Of a DNA stretch of 64,000 nucleotides, positions 37,641-48,375 are shown piece by piece. Made by a program: the position numbers and the translations under genes. Under the pieces are notes generated by a model. That model was not told the origin of the DNA. It saw only the letters and a list, made by a program, of their open reading frames with translations, and did no database searches. Source of the stretch: Vicugna vicugna (lineage: Eukaryota); contig MU057651.1 of NCBI GenBank assembly GCA_013265495.1, forward strand, positions 2,644,948 to 2,708,947, in the 5' to 3' direction. The number at the start of each line of letters is the position of its first letter. Positions within the stretch are counted from its first letter, which is position 1.

Positions 37641-39004
37641 ATCTTTCCTTCCTTCTGGTTTCGTTTGCCCTGCTGTTCATTTCACGTTGTCGCCCGTAAA
37701 ACGCTCAGAGGCGGCAGCAGAAGGCACGTGGCAGACGCCAGAGAGATTTATTTTCACAGCTTTCAGGGGTGGATCACGGTAGACTTGACATCCTTTGCAT
37801 TAACCGTGCGCTCGGCTGGAGGCTTAAGCAGGCTGGCTATTCGTGGTCTGAAATTACAAGTGGGGAGGTGGCAGCATGAACGTTGCAGGCAGTAAACACA
37901 CAGGAGACCAGCCACGGGAAACGACACCTTCACAGGCTCTCTGCAGGGGAGGGATGGATGGACACCAGTGGCAGTTTTGGCGACGGCTTGGCCTCGGTGT
38001 CTTGGGCAGCGAGGCAGCTGCTGTCCCAGACCCGCTAATTAGCCCCCGGCAGTCCGGTCCGAGTGAGCGGTTTCCATTAGGAAATCTCAAGGCTGAGGGC
38101 CAGCCAAGCTGGGAGGGGATGGAGGTTTTATGGTGGCAGTTAGGGAATTTCCAAACCCAGGACGGGGAGAGTTTGGCTTGGCCGTCCAGACACAAGGGAG
38201 ACGTGGGCGACCAGCCCAGCGGCCAGCAGGCGGTCATTTTTGCCTGTCTTTACACAAGGCTCATCAGTGTGCATGTGCCTGTACGTGTGTGTAAATGCAC
38301 CCTGCTCTCCCGCCGAAGGAGGGGATGAAGGCGCAGGAGTGACAACTCTGTCCCCACCGCCGGCTCCCAGGGGACGGAGAAGAACCCTTCGCTTTTCTCG
38401 GCCCCTCTGCCTCATTGGCGGTGGCCACCTATGGAGTATTGACTTTTCATGCCTGAATCGACCTCATGGCCAGGAGCGGCTGATCGATGAGTGATGTCTG
38501 CCAGGGGTGCAGAACACAGGGGTGGCACTGCCGCTGCTCCTGTGCCATTCTGACCATGTGAACAGGGACAGAAAACGTGGCAGGGCAGCGTCTCACAGAT
38601 GGGAGGGGATCCAAATAGGAGGGCCAAGAAAGAGTGCAAGAATGGGTCCCAGATACAGAGATTCTGCCGAAATCATGGAATATGGACAGGCTCTTCATCA
38701 CTCCGGGTGAGTCAACGTGTCCTAGAGAAGGCGTGACATGGTGTGTTTCATGGACAATGATGATGAGGAGGCTGGGGAGGGGGGTCCAAACTCGAGTCTG
38801 GATGATGGAGGAGGGGGTATGCCATGGCGCTGGGGAAAGAAGCAGTTCTGGAGATGTGAGGCCAGAGGACCAGAGCTGCGGTGAGGATGGCCACAATCTT
38901 ATTCACAAACACAAGTCTATGACTGAGTCACGTTGGGGGCATTAGAGCCCTAATTCTGCTTAGAAACCCAGGTGACCCAGTGTTATTGTCAACGTGGCTG
39001 GACA

Positions 39005-39365
39005 AGTCCACTGGGGCTGCCAGGACAAAGTACCAGAGGCGGGGTGGCTTGAACAAGATTTATCGTCTCGCCGTCTGGAGGCTGGAAGTCCGAGGTCAAG
39101 CCGTTGGCAGGGCTGGTTCCTTCCCTGGCGTGCAGACAACCGTCCTCTCTCTGTGTCTTCAAGTGGTCGTTGCTCTGTGTGTGCTTGTGTCTTCCTCTCC
39201 TCTTCTTACAGGGACACCAGTATATTCGATCAGGGCCCATCCTCGTGAACTCATTTTAATCTAATTACCTCTTCAAAGATCCTATTTCTAAATATAGGAT
39301 CTGAGTTTCTGGGGGTTAGCGTCTCAACGTATTAGTTTTGGGGGACACAGTTTAGCTCATAATAG
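39005..39365 (-). mobile_element. MLT1-type MaLR LTR
   Basis: GGGCTGCCAGGACAAAGTACCA..GGTGGCTTGAACA..TCTGGAGGCTGGAAGTCCGAGGTCAAG..TTTTGGGGGACACAGTT. Confidence 0.85.
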
Positions 39366-40409
39366 TGACCTCAGGACCTTTGTCGGTGGCCTGATGCCCC
39401 ATCCCCCAGGGCTTACTCAGTATGCGCAAGTCCTCATGGTCCCTGCCGGGGAGCTCAGGTCCTGGACCTGAGGTCTCTGGTCGAGTGTCTCTGTGGCTGG
39501 ACGTATCCACCTGCCTGTCATCGGCCCGCGTGGCGTCTGAGATCGACCGGTAACTGGGACACATGTTGTCCTGACCTTCAGGTAATGCTTCTCATAGGAG
39601 GGCAGAGGAATGATAGGACCCCATTTTCTTCCTCATATTTGCATGACCCTTTGAGCATCTCAGAGAGAAGGGCTGGGCGTGAAAGGCAACACCGGCATGT
39701 TCCCCCCAGCCTGACCAGCAGGAGGAACGTCTGCCTCCCTCTCCTCGCCTTGCGAGCGGCTCCACCTTTATCCTGTGGCGAGCTCCCCGAAGTACGGCTT
39801 AATTTAGCCTATGACCAAACGCGTAATCTTGGGTTTGGTGGCTCCTGAGGTCTTGGCTGCAGATGGAATTTGGAAGCCCCATTGCACCCTCTAATCTACC
39901 TCTCAGAGGAGCCACATACTTTCCATAATCAAATCGATAGTTTGCTACGCTTTTCTTTTTTTTCCAGATCAGTGAGACCCCAGGAAGGGAAGAGAGGTAA
40001 GGGGAGGAAATTGCTCCCCAAAATCCACCCCGAATCTTCAGCCATTCTGTATCCTATATGGTCTGGTGGTGTTTCATTAAATTACATGTCAAATGCCTGT
40101 AATTTGCCTAAGCTGGCTTATGGTAGATGTTCCACTGTTAGAGCCTGCCCTCTCTCCCATCCCAGGAGAACTTTCCTTGCTGTTTTAAAGACCCTGCTCA
40201 TTGTTGTGTTTAGGGACAGGTCTGCCCAGCATCAGGGGGTCCCAGCCTAGTGGAAGAAAAGGGACTTGACCTTGAAATCCCAGCTGTGACTGACAGGAGA
40301 GACCGCTTGGTGCTTAGGACGCCAGCATGGGCGCCACTCCCAAGATGTGTGTTGCAGAAAACACAGAGGAAGGAGCCAGCAGGTTAGTGGGCAGTGAGGG
40401 CTCACCTGT

Positions 40410-40965
40410 CCTCTATGTGGCTTCAGAGTGGTCCTGCTGAAATGCGGGTTATGCATGTCTTCTGTCCACTGGAACTCCGATCCTGTCCCTTCACACTGAG
40501 TTAAGCCAAAGTCTTTACAATGGTCCACAGGTCCCTTTCCCACCTCTCACCCCCTTGACCTCTCTGACCTTGTCCCTCCCCATTGCTGTGTATGGACCAT
40601 GCCGGGCGAGCTCCATTACTTAGTTTCGACTCTTGCTCATCCTCTGATATCCCCCACGAATGAGGGCACACTCACTCCCTAACTGCCTCTGGGTCTTTAC
40701 TCATAAGGTACCTTCTCAGTGGCCTCTCTGTCCCCCTCTCCTGCTTTATATGTCACCACAGCACTTATCACCAGCTAACACACCCCATATTTTATTTCTA
40801 TAGCTTTTTCATCTTGCTTTTGTCATTTCTATCTTGAAATTAAATGTCATAAGGGTAGAGTCTTTTTTTTTTTTTACGTTCTTGCCCATTTTGTATTGTT
40901 GTGTCCACAGTATTCCTGGAACATAGTTAGCAACCAAAAATATTAGAATGAATTGAATGAATCAA
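40410..40965 (+). mobile_element. L2 3' end
   Basis: CAGAGTGGTCCTGCTGAAATGC..AAAGTCTTTACAATGG..AGCACTTATCACC..CCTGGAACATAGTTAG..GAATGAATTGAATGAAT. Confidence 0.75.
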
Positions 40966-41629
40966 TGTTGGGGAAGGTAGAGGCTGGTAGTCCTGCCCGG
41001 CCCTAGTCCATCCAACTGCAGCCAAGCCTATGAATTTTATCTGAGACCCATTCTTGTGTCAAGTTGTCTCTATTGTAGCAAGAAGTTGTCCCCAGGCAAA
41101 AGTAACAGGAGCGTTTACTGGGAAATGATAATGATAATCATTATATTAGTAAGGCGTCAGGAAACTATCAATTCAATGTGTACTCATGGGCCAAAGTTGG
41201 GAATTAATAAAAGGATCAAGATCTGTCAAGAGATCCCTGAGTGCACATCTATGGGAAAGAAAACTTGCAAAATTCAAAATGGTGATGCCACGAAAGCAAG
41301 CCCCCAGAGAAAAAACATAACCTTGCTGTTGAACAAGACATTCTTGGACATCATTAAAAAGAACCGTGAAAATGGAGCTACTTGAGATGAACCCACTGGA
41401 GGCAGCGTGGAAGCAGGCAGTCTCTCTGAACAGAGCATGTGAAGCATGTGTATGTGGGTGTGTGTGAAGGACATTTCAGAGGGACTTACCCAGTGCATGG
41501 GAAAGAAAGTTCCATAAAGACAAGATCTGAGTCTGTATTTTGTCTGCTACGTTCTCATTGTCAGCACAAAGCCTGTCATGTCACATGCAATTAATATTTA
41601 TAGATGCATGTAAAAAATCAGACTTTACC

Positions 41630-43870
41630 GTTCATATAAAAAACTCCCAGTAAACTGGGAATAGAGGGGAAATTCCTTAACTTGACAAAGAATATCTACA
41701 AAATACCTATACTTAACGTCATACTTAATGACGAGAAACTCAGTTTTCTTACTCAGATGAAGTACAAAACAAAGGTTTTCCCCCCTCAACACTTCTTTTT
41801 GAAATGGTGCTAGAAGTCCTAGCTAATGCAATAAGATAAGGAAAAGAAATAAAACGTATACAGACTGGGAGGAAGACATACAACTTTGTTCACAGATGAT
41901 GTGATAGTTTATGTAAAAATCTGAAAAAAAATCAACAACAAAAAAATTCCTGGAACAAATAAGTGATTATAGCAAGGTTGCAGGATACAAGATTGATACA
42001 CATTCATGTATAACTGAAAAATTGTGCTCTACACTGGACTTTGACACAGCATTGTAAAATGATTATAAATCAATAAAAAATGTTAAAAATAAAGATTGAT
42101 ATACAAAAGCCAATGGCTTTTCTACGTATCAGCAATGAGCAAGTGGAATTTAAAATTAAAAATGCAATATTATTTAGATTTGCACCCTCCAAATGAAATA
42201 CTTAGGTATAAATCTAACAAAATACGTATGAGATCAATACGAGGAAGAGTATAAAATTCTGATGAAGAAAATGAAAGAACTCAATAAATCAAGAGATATT
42301 CGTGTTCACAGACAGGAAGACTCAATATTGTTAACATGTCGGTTCTTCCCAACTTGATCTATAAATTCAATACAAACCAAATCAAAATCCCAGGAAGTTA
42401 TTTTGAGGATATCGACAAACTGACTGTAGAGTTTATATGAAGACGGGTACCATATGGTATGCCTTGTATGCTAGGGTTTGTAGGGAGAAGTAAAAGGCGC
42501 AGAACTGCCAACACAAGACTGAAGAAGAACAAAGTTGGAGACTTACTTACCCCACCTGACATCAGGGTTTCCTATAAAGCTATAGAAACCCAACAACGTG
42601 GTGTTGGTGAAGGAGTCGACAAACAGACCAGGGGAACAGAGCAGAGAGCCCAGAAAAAGACCCAAAGAAACAGAGTCAACTGGTCTTTGACTAAAGGGCA
42701 AAGGTAACACAATGGAGCAAAGACACTCGTTTCAATAAATGCTCCTGAAGCTAATGGTCATCCACATGTTAAAAAAAAAATCTAGACACAGACCTTATAC
42801 CTTCCACAAAATCTAACTCAAAATGGGTCACCGACCTAGATGTAAAATGCAGAACCATAAAACTCCTAGAAGATAACATAGGGGAAAACCTAAATGACCT
42901 TGGGTAGGGCGATGGCTTTTAGAAACAACACCAAAGGCACAATTCGTGAGAGACAGAATTGACAAGCTAGACTGCATTAAAGCGAAAAAAATGTCTGTTC
43001 TGTGAAAGATAAGGTCAAGAGAAAGGACGACTTGCAAACTGGGGGAAAAATTGTTTTGCAAAAAACACTGCCATCTGATGAAGATGTGTTCATCCAGAAC
43101 GTACAAAGAGCTCTTGAAACTCAACAGTGAGAAAACAAACAGCTCAATTAAAAACGGGCCAAAAACCTCAACAGACATCACCTCAAAGAAGATATACAAG
43201 AAAGAAAGCATATGAAAAGATATTCCACAGCATATGCCATGAGGGAAAGTCAAGTTGAAACAACAGCGAGATGCTGAATGGCCAAAATCCAGAACTCAGA
43301 CAGCACCAAGTGCTGGTCGGGATGTGGAGGTACCGGAATGCTCGTGCGCGGCTGGTGGGGATGCCATGTGGTGCAGCCATTTTGGAAGATGTCCTTGGCG
43401 TTTACCCACAGGAGCTGAAAACTTACGTCCATACAAAGACCTACTCATGGATGTTTATAGTAGCTTCATTCAGAATTAGCAAAACGTGGAAGCAACTGAG
43501 ATGTCCCTTGGTAGGTCCACTGATAAATAAACATCGTCTGGCAATGCAATAATATTCAGCTCTGAGAAGCTAAGCTTCCAAGGCGTGAAGAGCCATGGGG
43601 GAACTTTAAGTGCATATTACTAAGTGGAAGGAGCCAATCTGACAAGGCTGTCTGTCTCCTGTTGTATTCTGGAAAAGACACAACTATGGAGACGGTAAAA
43701 AGATCAGGTGTTGCCGGAAGTTGGGTGCTGGGAGGAGGGGTTATAGGGGAACCACAGAGAATTTCCAGGGCAGTGAGAATGATGGACACATGTCACTACA
43801 TGTCTGTGCAAACCCATAGAATGCACAACATCAGGGGTGAACCATCTTGCAAACTGAGGACTTTGCTCAG
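41630..43870 (+). mobile_element. Old L1MB/MC ORF2 and 3' UTR
   Basis: GAAGTCCTAGCTAATGCAATAAGA..TTTGTTCACAGATGAT (RT); ORFs LKKNKVG and KTYVHTKTYSWMFIVASFRISKTWKQLRCP. Confidence 0.93.
41999..42091 (+). mobile_element. 93-bp young L1 3' stub nested in the old L1
   Basis: Matches the end of the 31303-31803 element; TSD AAGATTGATA at 41989-41998 and 42092-42101. Confidence 0.88.
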
Positions 43871-44309
43871 TCGGGTGTCTGTTGTCACTGTGCCCTTTAA
43901 AGAGAGTAAAGAAGAGGGATGTAGTGTGAATCCTTCACCTCCTCCTTTCAAGCAGAACGGGGAGGAAAAAGATGGGGCTTTTCTTGTGGGTGGAAGTTGG
44001 GAGTGGTTCAAGCTTATCTTCTGGAAGCAGAAGAAGGCATGACGTTCCTTTCAAAGCTGTTGGCCACTCAAGGAATGAGGCAGGACAGAGGCAATGGGAG
44101 AGCTAGACTCAGAACCTAGGAGGGCAGGACCCGGTCAATGCTTGATTCCAAGTGGACACACAGGCCAGGGCTAGGTGAGGGAGCTCGGAGATCACGCAGA
44201 AACACGGACAAAGGAAACACAGCGTAGGAACCAGGAGGAGATGGACGGCGGAGCTGGTCCTGACCTTTTGCCTGGAATGCGATCACCCACTGACACCCCA
44301 CTGGTGTGA

Positions 44310-44615
44310 GCATAACATGGGACGCTGTGCTGAGTGAAATAAGGTGGACACGGAAGGACAAGGACCTTCATGAGCCCGGTTACACGGGGAACCTGAAGCC
44401 ATCACATTCACAGAAACGGAGAGCAGAGTGGTGGTGGCCAGGGGCCGAGGGAGGGGGAACTGGGGCGTGGCTCTTCCAAGTGTCAGTTATCCAAGATGGA
44501 AAGTTCTAGAGATCCGCCGGTCACCGTCGCACCTTTTGTCAACAATACTGTGCGTGTGTGCACTTAAAAACGTGTGGAGAGGGTCGCTCTCATGTTAAGT
44601 GTTCTCAGCACGATG
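44310..44615 (+). mobile_element. L1MA/MB 3' UTR fragment
   Basis: GTGCTGAGTGAAATAAG..AGAGTGGTGGTGGCCAGGGGC..AAGTTCTAGAGATC..CTCATGTTAAGTGTTCTCA. Confidence 0.8.
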
Positions 44616-45867
44616 GAAGAACAGAACAAACCAACGGAAAGGGAATCACTTAAAAGATCAGGGGGCAGGGCTCACAAGGAAAGATGATGGCCAGGCAGCC
44701 TGGGACCCTCTGGAGAGCTGAGATTTAAATAACAGATGGATAAAAGACAGAAAAGATAGAAAAACGTCAGGGAGGCAAAGGCCTCGTGTGTGCTGCTGCA
44801 AGGGGGTGGTCCTAGGAATTCCTGAAGGAACCAGACAGCTCAGACAGAGGATCCAGGGTGAAGCCAGCCGGTGGCTGGTGGCCTGACGTGGTCGTGCTGG
44901 ATGGCAGACAGGACAGACAGACGGAAACCAAGTGAGAGGATGCTGGCAGTGAAACAGCTCTCTGGCCCCATGTCAAGGGGGATGTGGTAGCAACAGCATG
45001 AAGCCGCCTGGGGGTGTGAGACGGTCCGGTGCACCTGCCTCTCATGCAGCTGCGAACACCAGATGTTCCAGTGATGGGATTTTTTTTTTTGGTTGTGCGT
45101 AGAATCTCCAATTAAAAGTGAGAATCAAAAAATTTGAAGTCTGCATATCTCTCTGTAAAAATCCTTGCAAGTCTGGTGTCTCTTGCAATAGCAGAAAATT
45201 TGGCCCCGGTGGACCCCAGTGGACACATGTAGGGACTGAGGACCCTGTAAATGACTGGACTTCTAAGGGGTGGATCTTGAAGGAACCCCAGGATACCTCA
45301 TTGGTGCTATAGACTGGAAATGAGCGGTATTATTGCGATGCTGGGGGAAAAAAAAGACAAAAATGGTAGGGACAAGCTAGAGAGAGACTCACTGGGCGGT
45401 AAGACAATTAGGGTCTGTCACCAGCTTTGAAGGATAATTCTGGAATTATGGTTTCTAGGACTACATGGGGACATCATCCTCAAACCTGACCTTCTCCCCT
45501 TTTTTTCTCAATTAGAGGAAAAAAAGTAAGTTAAAATGATCCCCCCACCCCAAATTCATAAAGCACAAAGCTGGGGAAGACAGTCAAGCCACTCAAAGCG
45601 AAATGCTCCAAGGGGCTGGGGTCCCATCCCCACTGCCCTGTGTGGTCCAGGGTAGCTGGAGCGATGGAGCGGCACCCGAGAAAGGAAGAAAGCGAGGGCG
45701 GAGGTCAGAGCCGGTCGTAAGGAGTAATAACGCGAATGTCGAGGATGCAGATCGATCTTTAGCGGCTTGGTTAAAATTGTCATGTCCAGAGTGAGGAAAA
45801 GAGTCCCAGGCCACTGGGGACATAGTCCAACCCCACACAGGCACCCCTTGCAAACATCAACAAACAT

Positions 45868-46098
45868 TTTTTTAAATTGAAATATAGTTGATTTACAACG
45901 TTAGTTTCAGGTGTACAGCAAAGTGATTCGGTTGTACGTATACATACATATATATATTTTTTCAGATTCCTTTCCATTACAGGTTATTACAAGAAATTGA
46001 ATATAGTTCCCTGTGCAACAGTAGGTCCTTGTTGTTTACCTCTTTTATATATAATACTGGGTAACTGTTTATCCCCAACTCCTAATTTATCCCTCCCC
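45868..46098 (-). mobile_element. Artiodactyl-type L1 3' end
   Basis: TTGAAATATAGTTGATTTACAACGTTAGTTTCAGGTGTACAGCAAAGTGATTC..AATATAGTTCCCTGTGC. Confidence 0.9.
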
Positions 46099-46119
46099 CA
46101 CAAGCGTTTTTATTCTGCT

Positions 46120-47250
46120 ATTTATTCCAACGTTTTATTATGAAAAGTTTCAGACATACAGAAACGTCGATCGTGTACTACGATGAGCTCATATATTCAA
46201 CAATTTTTAATAAATCCCCACATCTGCTTTCTCCATTCATGTGTGTGTGTGAGACAGACTACAAAGGTGTGTGCGCGCCTGTGTGTACGTCTCTACACGC
46301 TGTTTCCTGAACCACGTGGAAGGAGATTTCGCAGACCTCGGGCCCCTCATCCCTAAACACCTCAGCCTACATCTTCTGAGAACAAAGACACAAAAGGACC
46401 AGCAGGACCCCCAGCAGGGCCGCTGCTCTCCTGCCGGCACCACCCGGCTCCCTGGCCCAGAGGCGCTGTCTCACTTTTTGCCTCTGAAACGGCTTACTTA
46501 CCCCTGAAGTTCTATTGGTTCCCTGAGCTCACTCCTGATTGGTCCGTTTGTAGTGCTTCATTTTCATGGAACTCACTAGTGATTGGTTATTTCTCTCACT
46601 CCTGAATGGCCTGTTTCCCTCATTCCTGATTGGTCCATATAGTATTTCATTTGCATGGAGCTCACTTCTGATTGGTTATTTCTCTCCCTCCTGATTGGTC
46701 CATTTCCCTAACATCTGATTGGTCCTGTTGTAGTACTTCATTTGCATGTAGTACTTCATTCACTCCTGATTGGTTATTTCCCTCGCTCCTGATTGGTCCA
46801 CTTCCCTAACTTCTGATTGGTCCATTTGTAGTACTTCATTTGAATGGAGCTCACTCCTGATTGGTTATTTCTCTCCCTCCTGATTGGTTCATTTCTACAA
46901 AGCTTTTTCCTGGTTGGTCAACTTCTGTTATACTCTATTTGCATATGATGTTGCAAAGTGTAAACTGGCACCTATAAAGGCCTCAGTAAACCCACAGACG
47001 GGGTCCAGAGCTCGGAGTGTTAACTCCTTTCGGCCCGCTGGGGTAATAAACCTTTCTCCAACCTTCCAGGTGCTGCTTGGTCTCTCGCCTGGACCCAGGT
47101 TGCTGTCACAACTGAGCTGTGGCACGTTTTTCTGCAACAAACACACACAGGACACCTGACGGTAATTCCCACGTGTAACGTGACGTCTGGCTCATTGGGA
47201 AATGTCCCCTGGTTGTCTCTAAAATGTCTTTTGCAGCTATTTCAAATCGG
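46120..47250 (-). mobile_element. Old L1ME-like 3' UTR split by the LTR
   Basis: TTTTATTATGAAAAGTTTCAGACATACAG..CCCTAAACACCTCAG..GAGAACAAAG before the LTR; ..GTTGTCTCTAAAATGTCTTTTGCAGC after it. Confidence 0.6.
46386..47139 (+). mobile_element. Solo ERV LTR with a tandem CCAAT/octamer U3 array
   Basis: 12 ATTGG, 3 ATTTGCAT, TATAAA at 46973, AATAAA at 47045, 3' end TGCAACA; 5' boundary approximate. Confidence 0.8.
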
Positions 47251-48166
47251 TTCTTCAGTAAGTGAACTAAATCTGCTTTTCTTTCTTTCTTTCTTTCTTC
47301 CTGCCCGCTCTGGCAATGAACAGGGTGGACCCCGATCTCGCTCACTGAGGACGGGGAGGCAGGAGGAAGAGCGGGTTTAGAGGAGGAAGGTGATGAGTGG
47401 TGATCGTTTTATGCAGAGGTCTGCACTCAGGATGCACCCCTGGGAGCCGTCCGGCCACGGGGGGAGCTGAGACGTTGGGAGTGCGTGAGATAGGAAGGGA
47501 TGTCACCTTGTCACTGGTGGCGTCACCATTTATCTAGACACCACCGTCTGCTTGGCGCTGTCCTAGCACTTTTCATCACGAGTTCCTTTTCTTACCACTA
47601 TCTTATGAGACAGGATTTTTCTGAGAAGGACACGGTCCCAGAGGGGTCCGGTAACTCGCTGAGTCTTAGCTGCTGGCACATTTGGGAGCAGAGATTTGAG
47701 CCTGACTCTCTGGTTCCGAAGTGCCTGTCCGTGAGCGCGGTGCCCACTGCTCCCTGCACGGAGGTGGGAAAGGCGGCCACGGATGGATAGAAGCTTGAGC
47801 AGACAGGAGAGGGTCTCCTGAAGGCACCTGGGAAGAAACAGCCAGAGAAAAATCCTGGAGGGAGAACATTGGAGGCACCAAGGGGCCGTGGCTTGCATAC
47901 CTTTATTCCTGTTTTGTTTATTCTGCAGGTGAGTCCTGCCAGCCAGTCCAGAGCTCCCCGGGGCCGCGAGCTGGAGTGCAGTGGGCTTCTGAACGGGGTG
48001 GGGGGGGAGTGAAGATGGTCCAAAATCCAGTCCTTTCTGGATGCTTGGTGGGATGGGAAGGAGGCATCCAGGGTAGCTGATAGATGGGGAAATCGGAGCC
48101 AAGGGACTGTTTGTTAAAAAGAATGGGACAGACAGTGGGCAGGAAGAGGTTAAACGCAAAAGTTCT

Positions 48167-48375
48167 AAGAATGGGAAAAAATATTTGCAAATGATGTGAC
48201 TGACAAATGCTGGAGAGGCTGTGGAGAAAAGGGGACCCTCCTACACTGCTGGTGGGAATGCAGGTTGGAGCAGCCACTGTGGAGAGTAGTATAGAGATTC
48301 CTCAAAAAACTAAAAATAGACTTACCCTGTGACCCAGCAATGCCACTCCTGTGCACATATCTGGAGAAAAGTCTA
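48167..48375 (+). mobile_element. Internal L1 ORF2 fragment with a deletion
   Basis: Reads [12 protein letters not shown] fused directly to [19 protein letters not shown]. Confidence 0.85.

Noticed and set aside
37381..37680. 99-aa minus-strand ORF as a coding exon
   Set aside because: Better explained as an L2 ORF2 relic
46514..46890. CRISPR-like repeat-spacer array
   Set aside because: The spacers are themselves repeated, the context is a mammalian LTR, and no cas genes are present
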